A DNA stretch of 64,000 bases from Leucoraja ocellata (Eukaryota). The notes under the pieces were generated by a model. It had not been told where the DNA came from, made no database searches, and saw only the letters and a list, made by a program, of their open reading frames with translations. This document shows positions 24,511-37,033 of the stretch, in pieces. The position numbers and the translations under genes are program-made. Each line of letters begins with the position of its first letter. Position 1 is the stretch's first letter. Location: assembly GCA_036785375.1 (NCBI GenBank), contig JAWMAR010000311.1, positions 1-64,000 on the forward strand, written 5' to 3'.

Positions 24511-25552
24511 ATTACCCCATTCCCTGGGTTATATTAGTCATTATACACGCAGCACTTCCGAGGGAAAGCCTGTAAAAGGGAACTATTTATCTGTGGAAGT
24601 GTAGAGAATGTTTCCATTTGTATCTCCCCCTCTCGCCAGCTGCCGTTGAATGCGATGTTCTATTGAACTGTGGTTTAGGAGTTGAGCCCCTGTGTGAATG
24701 GCATAAGGGGTCCGATTAGGGGCTGACACCTTCCTGAATTTCATCCCAAGCCCATCCGCATTGAACGATGTGGGTCATTTTGCGAGACGCAAGAGAACAT
24801 TATAAGGGTTGACCATCGAATTGAATCCCAAAAAAGATGGGGATCCACTGGAGAACAGGGCCAACATTCCTTGCCTCGTCAACAGTCAGTTCCAGACTTC
24901 ATCTCTCTTTAAGACCGTCGTCTAAAAAAATAAACTTTAATTTACAACTAACTGTAGAATAACCAACGAATATCAAGAGAGTAAATATCGTTCGTGACAA
25001 AGATATATCAGTTTTTTGATTTTTTATTTCAAGTTTAAATTAATTTGTCCACATCAACAGTGGGATTACAGCGGTTTAAAAGTGCGGGTTGCGTCCCATT
25101 AATTAGGAAAAGCTAAAGTGAGCGAGTTTAGAAAACATTTTAACGTCGCACTAAAGTTGAGTTGCGTTGAATGGAGTGTTTTTTCTGTTGTCACCGCCCT
25201 TTGCAAGAATTTGATTTTAGGACAAGGTTTTGAGAGCATGGTCACATACGCGCATGGTTTATCGCTCTATGCTGCGTCTGATGTAAGCTGCTGTTATTGT
25301 GGAGAAGTGTTCATTTTCTAGTTTGGCCACCGGTTGGAATGGGCGGTTTGGGCCGCGTTGTCTCCGCATTGAGACATTCGAAAAGCGACTGGAATTGGTC
25401 ACATTAGAGGATTGTGCGGCAGCGCTTTTGTGTTCGGCTTTTACGTTGCTGCCTGCCGCCGACATTGGAAATAATGGATCAAACACCAGCATTTTGTGTT
25501 GTTTTTGCTTTACACTGTTCGCTTTGACTATGCGCTGTAAAAGGCATCTTAA

Positions 25553-25872
25553 CACAGTGGATCAGCTGGTAGAGCCGCTGCCTCACAGCGCCAGAGAACC
25601 AGGTTCGAACCTGACCTCGGGTGCTGTCTGGCTGTGTGGAGTTTGCACCTTCTCCCTGTGACCGCGTGCGTTTCCTCCGGGCACTCCGGTTTCCTCCCAC
25701 ATCCCCAAAACGCGCGGGTTTGTAGGTTAATTGGATCTCTGCGAACAGCCGCCTAGTGTGTAGGGAGTGGGAGAGAAAGTGGGATAACATAGACATAGTG
25801 TGATCGGTGGTCGGCGTGGAGTCGGTGGGCCGAATGGCCTGTTTCCATGCTGTATCTCTTAACATAACTAAA
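25553..25872 (+). mobile_element. HE1/V-type SINE, CpG-retaining copy
   Basis: B-box-like ggttcgaacc, core and tail; many CpGs intact. Confidence 0.9.
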
Positions 25873-27446
25873 CAGCATGACTTGACACGTCCAGTCCTTC
25901 TCTGGGAATAAATCTCCACAGATATGAATTGATCAAGTCCGTTTAAGACGTCCCATCGGAACCTTCTCGTGTTCTCAGCCTCTTGGTCGACTTTACCTGT
26001 AGACTCGGCTTTCAACGGAACAAGGTCACCAGGACGGAAAGATAGATGTTAAATGGAATACACGGAACAGTCTTTAATTATTTGCAGCAAAGTTGTCGTT
26101 ATTAAATGTGCAGTAAAGGCGAACCATGTCTTTATTAAATAAAAACCCTGTTCCCTCTAAAGCCCTCTCTAATTCACCCAATCGCCAATGCAAATATCAT
26201 AAGGCAACGCAAATTCCCTGCACGAATGGATAAAATGTACATATCCCAGCAATTGTAATTCTTTATATTTAAGCGGGCACTATAGAAACGTTTAAGAAAT
26301 ATTTAGACAAGTACACGGATACGACAGGTTTAGGGGGACCGGTAGCATCTCTGGAGAGAAGGAATGGGTGACGTTTCTGGTCTCGACCCGAAACATCGCC
26401 CATTCCTGTTCTCCAGAGATGCTGCCTGCCTGTCCCGCTGAGTTACTCCAGCCATTTCTGTCCAGCTTCAGTGGAAACCAGCAGCTGCAGTCCCTTCCTA
26501 CAAATTTCGAGGGAGGCAAGTGGGACTAGTGTAGATGGGACATGTTGGTCTGTGTGGGCAGGTTGGGCCGAAGGGCCTGTTTCCACGCTGTATGACTCTG
26601 ACTCTAACGTTACTGAACGGTGCTAAATCATTATTTTCCATCATGCTGCACAATGCAATCCCTCATTTATAAACTAGCGATGATGCTTTGGTCCCCTGGT
26701 CCTGTTCCTCTGATTGATTAGCTATTGATATTTAAGGACAGTTTATCGATCAACCACATGTTCTCCTTGCGACTCAGTCAAGTCAGTGTTCTTGCGAACG
26801 CCTTCCAAGTACACAGGCACTGCCGGGGTGGATGATTGTGTTAATTTGGTCGGGCGCGGAGGTGATGTAGGTTAATCCCTCACCACCGACCGCTTGTAGT
26901 TGCGAGTTTCCACCCAAGAACCAGGCAAGATCCGTCTATATCTCTCTCGTTTCCCCTCTTCCCCGACCCTCAGTCTGAAGAAACGTCATCCATCCCTTCT
27001 CACCAGAGACGCTGCCTGCCCCGCTGAGTTACTCCAGCATTTTGTGTCTGCCTTCAGGCAAGATCCAGCCGATGTGAGCATGAAAGCGGTTTCCTGACTA
27101 TGAACGAGGACCTCGGGTATCGAACAGACCCGAGGAAATATAACGAGGATAGACACAACGTGCTGGAATAAATCAGCGGGTTGGGCAGCTTCTCTGGAGA
27201 ACAAACAGAATGGGTGACGTTTCGGGTCGGGACCCTTCTTCAAACTCATTGTATACCCGTCGCGTTATTTATTCCACCTCTTAATCTACCATTCAAAACT
27301 CGATGCGCTCTGCCTAACCTTCTGTCCACTCCTCAGAAGTCGGTGGGTGCCTGGAACGCGTTGCCAGGCGTGGTGGCGAAGGCATGTGGATATGTAGGGA
27401 ATGGTGCTGGGGGGTATATGAGGAGATTAGTTAATCTTGCACCCTG

Positions 27447-27735
27447 TTCACAGCCTCTCAGAATAAAAGGACATACCGTTTGAAAGGAGATGAGGAGGAA
27501 TTTCTTTAGTCAGAGGGTGGTGAGTCTGTGGAATTCATTCCCGCAGAAGGCTGTGGAGGCCCTCAATTAATTTTTTAAGGTGGAGCTTGACAAATTCTTG
27601 ATTAGTACGGGTGTCAGGGGTTATGGGGAGAAGGCAGGAGAATGGGGTTGAGAGGGAAAGATAGATCAGCCATGATTGAATGGTGGAGTACACTCGATGG
27701 GCTGAGTAGCCTAATTCTGCTCCTATAACTTTTGA
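27447..27735 (+). mobile_element. CR1 LINE 3' fragment
   Basis: cacagcctctcagaataaaaggac...gagaaggcaggagaatggggttgag tail. Confidence 0.85.
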
Positions 27736-28009
27736 ACTCATGACATTGTGGGCCAAAGGGCCTGTTCCCATACTGTACTGTTCTATCTTCTATGTTCACG
27801 TGAACAAGCCACTGCTGGACTTTGCAGGGGCCAGGCACTTTAAGTCTGCAGCTAATGGGAGAAAATTCAGGCCTTTTAATGCTGCCTGACTGGAGGTTCA
27901 ATTAGGCTGCTGAAGAGAATGCTCAGCTCACAACGGTAGCTCTCTGCTCTCAGCACAAACTGCTGCAGGCTTTGTCAGAGAGGCTACCACAGTTGCCTTG
28001 CCCAGACCA

Positions 28010-28592
28010 ACCCAGCGGTATGAATATTGATTTCTTTAATTTCATGTAACCCTTGCATTCCCTCCCCCCCCCCCCCCCCCAACCACCACCACCACCACCA
28101 CCCTAGTCATCGTGCTGGTTTCACTGTTCGTATCCCTTTGTTATCACCTCTTCAAGAGCCAACAATGGCCCATTGTGGGCTCCAACTTTCTTTGATCATT
28201 GATGCCAGCTATGTTTTGTTCTCTACCTTTTCATAGTTTAGTTTCCCTCTGCCCTTACTCTCAGTCTAAAGAAGGGTCCGGTCCCGAAACGTCACCGATT
28301 CCTTTTCTCCAGAGTTGCTGCTTGACCAGCTGAGTTACTCCAGCATTTTATGTCTAATTTTTAAGTGCGCTGCTGTTACTCATCTCTGCTACCTTTTGAC
28401 AGCACTTCACCAACCCACTGCCTCTTTCTTCTACCTGGCAGGCCAAGGGTGGTAGGTGGATTGGAACACTGCTCTCTATATTTCCCCATCCAAGTCACAC
28501 CACATTCTGACTTGAGACACAAAGTGCTGGAGTAACTCAGCGGGTCAGGCAGCATCACTGGTGACATTTCGGGTCAGGACCCTTCTTCAGAC
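28010..28592. mobile_element. Penelope 3' fragment (+, 28010-28360) and a minus-strand terminal repeat with intact hammerhead core (28563-28590)
   Basis: Reverse complement of 28563-28590 is ctgaagaagggtcctgacccgaaatgtc. Confidence 0.8.
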
Positions 28593-29044
28593 TGTAGGTT
28601 CGGACTGTGGGACTGATATAGGCATATAGATAGGGTGCAATGACTTGCGGTAGGAAAGGTTGGTGGGCTGAATGGTCTTTTCCTAAGCTAGATGCGGGGT
28701 GATACGATGGTACAAAAATTACACATTGGAAATGTTTATGTGTTGGAAATCTATCTATTTAAAGTATTCTTCTGATGATCATCCATTGGACATTTATGAA
28801 TGCTTTAAATCTATTAAATGGTGCAAGTGATACATATGCATATGAGTGTGCCGGACGTGCCACGGGCTGTAGAGCTGAAATCAGTTTTGTGCATGCCTAT
28901 TACAGACTTTTTTTAAGACCTTCAGATAGTTCATGCCGATGGTCGAAAATTAAAGAATTAATCATCAGTTACGTTAGCTCTGACGTTTATTTTCAGCACA
29001 CACTACAATGCTTCAAGTGAAATGATAATGATAGGTGAGCATTA

Positions 29045-32000
29045 GTTTAATTTAGTTTAGTTTGGAGATACGGTGAGGAAACAGGCCCTTCGGTTCACCG
29101 AGTGCACAAGCCAGTGATCACCCCCGTACACTAGCACTATCCTACACACTAGGGACAATTTACAATCCTTACTGACGCCAATTAACCTACAAACATCTAT
29201 GTCTTTGGTGATTCTGAGGAATCCAGCGCACCCGGAGAAAACCCACGTGGTCACAGGGAGAACGTACAAACTCCATACCGACAGCACCCATTGTCAGATT
29301 CGAAACCGGGTCTCTGGCACTGTAGAGTAACAGCACTATCACTGCGCCACTCTGCAACCCTAGAATCTTGACTCTTGATTCTTACAGGGTTTGAGGTGCA
29401 GCATTGCAGGATTTCAACTCATTGTCGCTGGGTTAATGTCCAAGTTAGAGTAACATGTGACTTGAAAAGGAAGGTAGGGCTGATTCTAAACCTGTCATTT
29501 TGTTGTTATTATTCTTCAATGCGGTTACAATCTATACTCACAAATAGTTGCAAAATATCAGCCAATGTAAAATTTGAATGTTTGTATTAAGCATGAGCTT
29601 GTTGTTCACACTGTAATCTGATCACCCCCGTACACTAGCACTATCCTACACACTAGGGACAATTTATAATTCTTACTGAAGCCAAATAACCTTCAAACCT
29701 GTACGATTTTGGAGAGTTCGGAGGAAACCGGAGCACCCGCTGAAAACTGGAGCACCTGGAGAAAACCCACCTGGTCACGGGGAAAACATACAAACTCTGT
29801 ACAGACAGCACATGTAGCCTAGATTGAACATGGATCTCTGGCACCGTTGGGCAGCAACTCTACCGCTGCACCATCCCCTCACTTCATCATAATTACAAAT
29901 CTGATTGACAGCTAATTATTAATTACCTCTTGTCATGTTGTTAAGAACCTGTGGTAAAATTCTCTGATGCAGATTTAAGATTGATTGTATATAGTTGTGT
30001 GTTTGAAGTGGATTAAAGTTGTATGGATAGGACTTCAGACATGTGTCATCAGCTTTCATTCGTCAAGCATCTTTAGCACATAAAGGCCCTTCATGGGAGA
30101 GTTGTAAGAATATTAAATATATTTTTGTTCAAATGATTGGAAATCTGGGCAGGTTCTGATATGGATAAGCTAACCTTCACTTTATGGAGTGCACCAAAGG
30201 GTTATTCATTGGCAAGCTCTTGATGATGTACATTGTGCTGATGTGAACTAGCTGGATTGCTATCTTTATTATGTGTATGTGTTTGTTTGTGGGTGTAAGA
30301 GGATTTGTGTGTGTGTCGGTCAGTGGTTGTGTTTGAGTGTGCATGCATGTGTGGGTGGGTGTGTGTACGTCCGTGTGTGTATACATGTATGTATGCATGT
30401 GTGTATACGTGTGCATGTGTCTGTGTATGTGTATACATATACGTGTGTGCATGCATGTGTGGGTGGGTGTGTGTGTGAGGGCATGTGTGTGTGTCTGCGC
30501 GTGCATGTGTTTGTGTGCGTGTTAGGGAACCAGAAGAGAGAGATCAATCACAAATAGTTACTTGGATTAAAGTCTACGTATATGGGAGAGTAAGATTTGC
30601 ATTTAATGGAACTCATTGGTGCTATCACACTCTTAAGTAGTTACCAGATATAGGAATAGAATTCTAGAAACACTGAGCTGAAAAAAGGTTATTGATCTAT
30701 CGTGTTAACTCTGATTCTTTGCCTGACCCACTGAGTGTTTTTTTTTCTGCTTTTTATTTCAGCCAATGCAGTTCTTGGCCTTTAATTTGGTTTTCGTTTA
30801 CTTTAGTTTAGAGATACAGCATGGAAACAGGCCCTTCGACCACCAAGTCTGCACCGTACAGCGATCCCGATAGACTAACACTATCCTACACACTTGCGAC
30901 AATTTACAATTGTACCAAGCCAATTACCCTACAAACCTGTACACCTTTGGTGTGTGGGAGGAAACTGTAGATCCCGGAGACAACTCACTCAGGTCACGGG
31001 GAGAACGTACAAACTCTCTACAGACAGCATCTGTAGTCAGGATCGAACCCGGGTCTCTGCCACTGTAAGGCAGCAACTCTACTGCTGCGCCAGTGTGCTG
31101 CCCTCAAGATCAAGGCTGATCTACACTGGCCTCGGTTTTTCTGATGTGTCCTCAATTCCCTCATCTCTCAAAAAAATGCTTACCTCTTTCTTAAATACCT
31201 CCAATAATCTAGCCTAAATCTCCCTCTGTGGTTGAGATTCGTCACACTTTGGGAGAAGACATTTCCAAACATCCTTTTTACCTTGTAACTACATCTTTTT
31301 GTTCAAGACTTTTCCCCACCAGTGAAACATTTCTACATCTACCCACTCAAGCCCCCTCAGGTACTTATATGACACAATAAGATTACCACTCAGTCTTCTA
31401 GCCTTGAAAGAATACAGATCAAAACTGTTAGGTCTCTCTCAGGGCTGAACTCTGTGGGGTCCCTCTTTGGGTTCAGCAGCTCCCAGGAGGGTTACCCAGT
31501 TCTGCAATGCAGGCGATGGTCCTTGTTAACACACACTGAGGGATAATTTGCAGTTGCCTGGAGCCAAGAGGTAGTAGTTTAGTTTAGAGGTGCTGCATGG
31601 AAACAGGCCATTCGACCCACCGAGTCCATGCCAACCATCGATCATCCGTTCACACTGGTTCTATGTTATCCCACTTTCTCATCCATTTCCTACTCAAGGG
31701 CCGATGTACCATGGCCAGTTAACCTACAAACCCACACGTCTTTGGGATGTGGGGGGAAAACTGGAAGACCTGGAGAAAACCCACACGGTGACAGGGAGAA
31801 CGTGCAAACTCCACTCAGACAGCACTCGAGGTCTGGATCTAACCCATGTCTCTGGCGCTGTGAGACAACAGCTCTACCCACTGTGCCACTGTGCTGGCCC
31901 ACAGGAGCAGCACTACCTGCTGTCCCACCACGCGTCTTTCATTATACGTTGTGAATTATTATAACGTTAGGAAATGCTTGCAGGAGGACATAATAGACCA

Positions 32001-35000
32001 AATCAGTATTGATGTATTTCAAATTGGGCAATTATGAGAGTCATTGTAAAAGGCTTTAATGGGCCACACTCTGACAATTATGGTTAATGCTGAGAGAAAA
32101 CTAGCAATGCACATGTCCAGTGGCATCAACATGATTTCCTATACCCTAAGTCTATGATTAAGGAAAAAGCCTCAACCTGCTCAATTTTACCAGATCGTTG
32201 CATCATTTAAAGACTTTAAATATACAGCGCGAGACTCAGGTTCGATCCTGACTACAGGCGCTATCTGTTTGTAGTTTGTGTATTCTCCCTGTGAGTATGT
32301 AGTTTGTGCATTCTCCACCTCATGGGTTTTCTCCAGATGCTCCGGTTTCCTCCCACATTCCAAAGACGTACAGGTTTGTAGGTTAATTGGCTTGGTTAAT
32401 TGTAAATTGTCCCTCGTGTGTGTAGGATAGTGTTAGTGTGTGGGGATCGCTGGTTGGCACGGACTTGGTGGGCTGTAGACCCTGTTTCTGCACTGTATCT
32501 CTAAACTAAACTAAACTAATGTTCCTTCTCTGTGTTTATATTATATTCTTATGTGTTTTGTTATGCTTTCACGTCTTCATGTCTTCTGGCCCGAACAACT
32601 AGTGTCCCCATATTCTTGGATCTTAACGTTCCTCAATCTCCATTTAGATTACTTTTCTCTCAAGAAATCAGTGGTGTCCCTATTCCTTCTGTCAATAGTA
32701 ACACATAGCGATATTGTATTTAATTTGCTGTGAATCCTGTTTGGAAAAAAAAACGAATTCTCCTAATCACTTGTGGCATTTAAATTAGCTTAAAATCGAG
32801 GACCCAAGGTATAAGCAAGATTCCCAGCTGTGCCAATTGCCTGTTATTCTTCTTCCTCCACTGTATGGTAATACAACTCTCCTTTGCAATTTCCTTGATT
32901 GTGAACATCAAATACGAGTGAGGTATGGGGCATCTGAGGTACTCTTCATCACCACAGATGACAAAAAGAAAGTTACTGCCAGTGTCTGTGGCAAGATGTG
33001 TTGCTTTCAAAGATGCATTCGTGATTTGAGCCACGCATCCAATCTGAAGTTCAATAATGAGAAACACGGAGGAGGCCTGCTCCAGTCTGTGCTCTACGTA
33101 CAAAGATCACGCGTGCTATAAGCATGAGGCCAGATGTTCCTCTACCATGGTACCATTCATCCAGGGGCACATTGGAGAACTGTGCAATGATGAATTTGAG
33201 GAAGGGTTGATGGGTGTGCTGGTGGGGTTTACTTGGGGGTGGTATTTTTTTTCCCCCCTTAGTCCCATATGAGTGCAGGCAGGTGGGACTAAGGGGGAAA
33301 AAAATTTGTTCGGCACGGACTTGTAGGGCCGAGATGGCCTGTTTCCGTGCTGTAATTGTTATACGGTTATATGGTATTGTCATAGAAAAGATCAGAGGGC
33401 GAAACGAGATCTGGCGCAGCGGTAAAGTTGCTGCCTTACAGGCCCAGGTTCGATCCTGACTGGGTGCTGTCTGTCTTGACTTTCTATGTTCTCCCCTTGG
33501 CCACGTGGGTTTTCTCTGGGTGCTTCAGCTTCCTCCCACACTCCAAAGACGTACAGGTTTGTACATCAATTGGCTTCGATAAAAATGACAAATTGTCCCA
33601 TGCAAAGTGTGTTGAACAGTGCGAGTGTACATGAATCGCTGGTCGGTATGGACTCGGTAGGCCGAAGGGCCTGTTTTCATGCTGTGCTTGTAAATGAAAC
33701 TATAGGTGCACGGGACACTGGTAATTCTGGTGGAAGGTACACAGTAGTGAAATTTTGTGTATCTTACAACAGGCAATCATCTAGTCTTTGTTTGTAAGGC
33801 CACTCTACCCGAGTCACATTGCTGAATTCTCTGGTAATATCATCAATGGTTACGGGTGAAGGGTAATCCTTCTGTTTTTAGTCAGGGGATTAAATTTTCT
33901 AGCTAGACCTTAACAGTGATTTGGCAAGCTGGATGTGACTGAATGGTTTGTAAGAAAGCGCAGTTTGCTACCAATTAAAAACAAAACTGGTCAATAAATC
34001 CTAAAATTGTTCTTTTCAATCTCCTTCACTGATAGGCTTTCATGGTCGGCAGTCTCTTTGATCTGATACTCTGAATGCAATGTTTAAATACATAGTGATC
34101 ATTTAAAAAAATAATCACATCACTGATATCTGATGCAGTGAACATCGTCGATTTGTCCCAGTCTTGCAAACTCCGTAAAACTCATCACTTCACTCTTTCT
34201 GCCGATGAAACTGATCCTAACCGTAAACTACAATTTAAAAAAATTAAACCCATTGTAACAGTTTGTTATGATCAAGGTCAATAAATTATCCACTTGGAAC
34301 ATATGCGGACTTCAAAAAGATGCTTGAGATAGATTTTGCTATTGTGTTATTGAAGCAGAACGCCCTGCTTGATCGCTGCATGTTAAAGGGAAATATCAAT
34401 AAAAACGGGGAGATGCTGAAGACAAGGATCAGATTAGTTGGGTTTAGTTTAGTTTATAGATACAGTGCAAAAACAGGCCCTTCGGCCCATCGAGTCCACA
34501 CCGACCAGCGATCCCTGTACACAAGCACTGTCCTACACACTAGAGACAATTTACAATTTTTCTTTACTGAAGCCAATTAACCAACAAACCTGCATGTCTT
34601 TGGAGTGTGGGTGGAAACCGGAGCACCCGGAGAACATCCACAAACCCGAGTCTCTGGCTGTGAGGCAGCAACTCTACTGCTGCACCACCTTGTCACCTTT
34701 TCTATGGGGAAAATACTAATGTGGATTTGATGAGGGAAAATGAATTGTTTTGCAGATGCAACAGTCCTGGATGTTTGGGGTAGAGGGTCTCTAATGGACA
34801 GCAGTGATGTCTCTCTCCTGATCATGGAGATAAATTGTGGAAACACTTCAGCCCACTGAGTCTATGCTGACCATCGGACACTAATTCAACGTCTATGGAA
34901 TATGGGAGCAAACCGGAACACCTGGATAAAACCCACATGTGAGAACATTAAAAAAATCCATATACACAGTAGTCAGGATTGAACCCGGGTCTCTGGCACT

Positions 35001-35040
35001 GTGAGGCAGAAGGAAGCTCTACCACTGTGTCACTGTGTCA
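29045..35040. mobile_element. Cluster of HE1/V-type SINEs: - 29045-29360, - 29618-29873, - 30790-31102, - 31575-31895, + 32224-32520, + 33411-33700, - 34440-34690, - 34840-35040
   Basis: Each shows the shared head/core/tail; approximate boundaries; unique DNA lies between copies. Confidence 0.85.
30270..30522. repeat. Imperfect (TG)/(TA)/(CA) alternating purine-pyrimidine microsatellite
   Basis: Direct reading; source of the HT/CV-rich pseudo-ORFs. Confidence 0.95.
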
Positions 35041-35176
35041 ACCTCGTTGAGCCCTTGCTCTCGACTCTAGGACTATAAATGCAGGTACATGGGACTAGCT
35101 TAGATGGGGCATCTTGGTGGGCATGGACCTGTTTCTGAGCTGTAAGACTCTACGACTCTTATACCCTTTCAATGAG

Positions 35177-35634
35177 TGAGATTCCTCTTAGCAGGTAAAG
35201 CAAACCAATTCCAAAAGACGTGGTCTATGTTTCTGGACCTATTACAAGCATGAGGTGCAATAGTAATTTAATAAATAAATAAATGGTATCAGGACCTGGT
35301 AACGGGAGGTAAAACAACAAAAACAGACTTGGTTGGTAGTCCCCTTTCTGCGGAGTTTAATGTTATAATAGAGCGATTGTTCCTACTTTCTTTTTCTTTC
35401 TTTTCTAGGATCTACTTTCTCACTTTACTTCCTTCTCTAACTTCTTTTCTAAGGGGCTTTCTTTTCCCAACACTCTTGCACTTCACGACTCTTGCGCACT
35501 TTCTTTACTTTCCTTACTTCTATCTTTTTCTTAAAGCTCAAAAAAAATGAAGCGGTCCAAAAAATGTATTGTGTAGTATTGTAATTTACCGTACTTCTAA
35601 TAAAAATAATTAAAAAAAAACAAAACAAAAAAAC
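35177..35634 (+). mobile_element. 5'-truncated L1 LINE (ORF2 last codons, 3'UTR, A-rich tail) with 13-bp TSD
   Basis: RFLLAGKANQFQKTWSMFLDLLQA* (stop 35251-35253) resembles fish L1 ORF2 ends; aataaa plus A-rich tail; ccctttcaatgag at 35164-35176 and 35635-35647. Confidence 0.85.
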
Positions 35635-36075
35635 CCCTTTCAATGAGCAGACCTTTCTCTTCATAACCTCTCACTCACCTCTTGAATCACATTCTCTCTT
35701 AGCTTATTACATGTCCACAAATGTACTTGTTCCACCATTTCTCTCTGCCTCTCCACCTCATCCCCCCCTTCCCCACCATTACTTACCCTTCTCAGTGCCT
35801 CGTGCATTGGCCAACCTCCTCATCTTCCCTCCAGTATTGACTGAATTTTGTTTGATAATATTCCTGTCAAGTGGCTAAGGGGCAGTTCATTAAAGTTAAG
35901 GATGATATATAAATTACCTTTGTTGTTAAGAGCTGTTGAGCATGCTCCTGTCTGACCTGCTGTTCAATGTAATCCTGGGATTCATTTATATAAAAGCCCC
36001 TTCTCACTCTCATGGTGTCACAGCCAATGACATGTTTTTGAGTAAATAAAAATGAAGGAAACCGCTGAAAATCTG

Positions 36076-36135
36076 AAATAAAAACAGAAAATGTTGGAAT
36101 CTGTAGAATTTTCCCAACATTTTCTGTTTTTATTT
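36076..36135. repeat. Perfect 22-bp inverted repeat with 16-nt loop
   Basis: aaataaaaacagaaaatgttgg / ccaacattttctgtttttattt. Confidence 0.95.
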
Positions 36136-36169
36136 AAGTGGTTCTGAGGTTGTACGGATTAGCACATTA

Positions 36170-37033
36170 AGGTGTTTTCTCTAACTCTAAGTGACCCTTG
36201 CATTCCCCCTCTCTCCACCCCTACTCGTTGTACTAGTTTCATTGCCGTCCTGTTTAGTTTCACTATTTGTATCTGCTTGTTATCACCTTCACCACAGCCA
36301 ACAATGGACCATTGTGGGCTCCACCTTTCCTTGATCATCGTTGCTGGCTTTGATTTGTCAATAGACAATAGGTGCAGGAGTAGGCCATTGGGCCCTTCGA
36401 GCCAGCACCGCCATTCACTGTGATCATGTTCGATCATCCACAATCAGTACCCCGTCCCTGCCTTCTCCCCATATCCCTTGACTCCGCTATCTTTAAGAGC
36501 TCTATCTAACTCTCTCTTGAAAGCATCCAGAGAATTGGCCTCCACTGCCGCCTTCTGCGGCAGAGAATTTCACAGATTCACAACTCTCTGGGTGAAAATG
36601 TTTTTCCTCATCTCCGTTTTAAATGGCCTACCCCTTATTCTTAAACTGTGGCCCCTGGTTCTGGACGCCCCATCATTGGGAACATGTTTCCTACCTCTAG
36701 TGTGTCCAATCCTTAATAATCTTATATGTTTCAACAAGAACACCTCTCATCCATCTAAATTCCAGTGTATACAAGCCCAGTCGCTCCATTCTCTCAACAT
36801 ATGACAGTCCCGCCATCCCGGGAATTAACTTTGTGAACCTACCCTCATATACCTTTCATTCATTTGTTCTTTGTACCTTCTCATACCTCTTGCTTCCCTC
36901 TCCCCTGACTCTTGGTCTGAAGATGTGCCTCGACCCGAAATGTCACCTATTCCCTTTCTCCAGAGATTACTGAGTTACTCCAGCTTTTTGTAAAGCTTCA
37001 GTGTAAACCAACATCTGCAGTTCCTTCCTGCAC
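36170..37033 (+). mobile_element. Penelope 3'UTR/terminal repeat with nested minus-strand CR1 (36357-36845)
   Basis: PLE UTR interrupted at ggctttgatttg|tcaatagacaata; hammerhead-like ctgaagatgtgcctcgacccgaaatgtc near 36917. Confidence 0.8.

Noticed and set aside
24156-24604. Repetitive SLLYP / REERD proteins
   Set aside because: Translations of a 15-bp minisatellite.
25553-25625. tRNA genes at SINE heads
   Set aside because: A/B-box-like heads continue into SINE core and tail; no complete cloverleaf.
30177-30557. His/Thr- and Cys/Val-rich ORFs
   Set aside because: Translations of a TG microsatellite.
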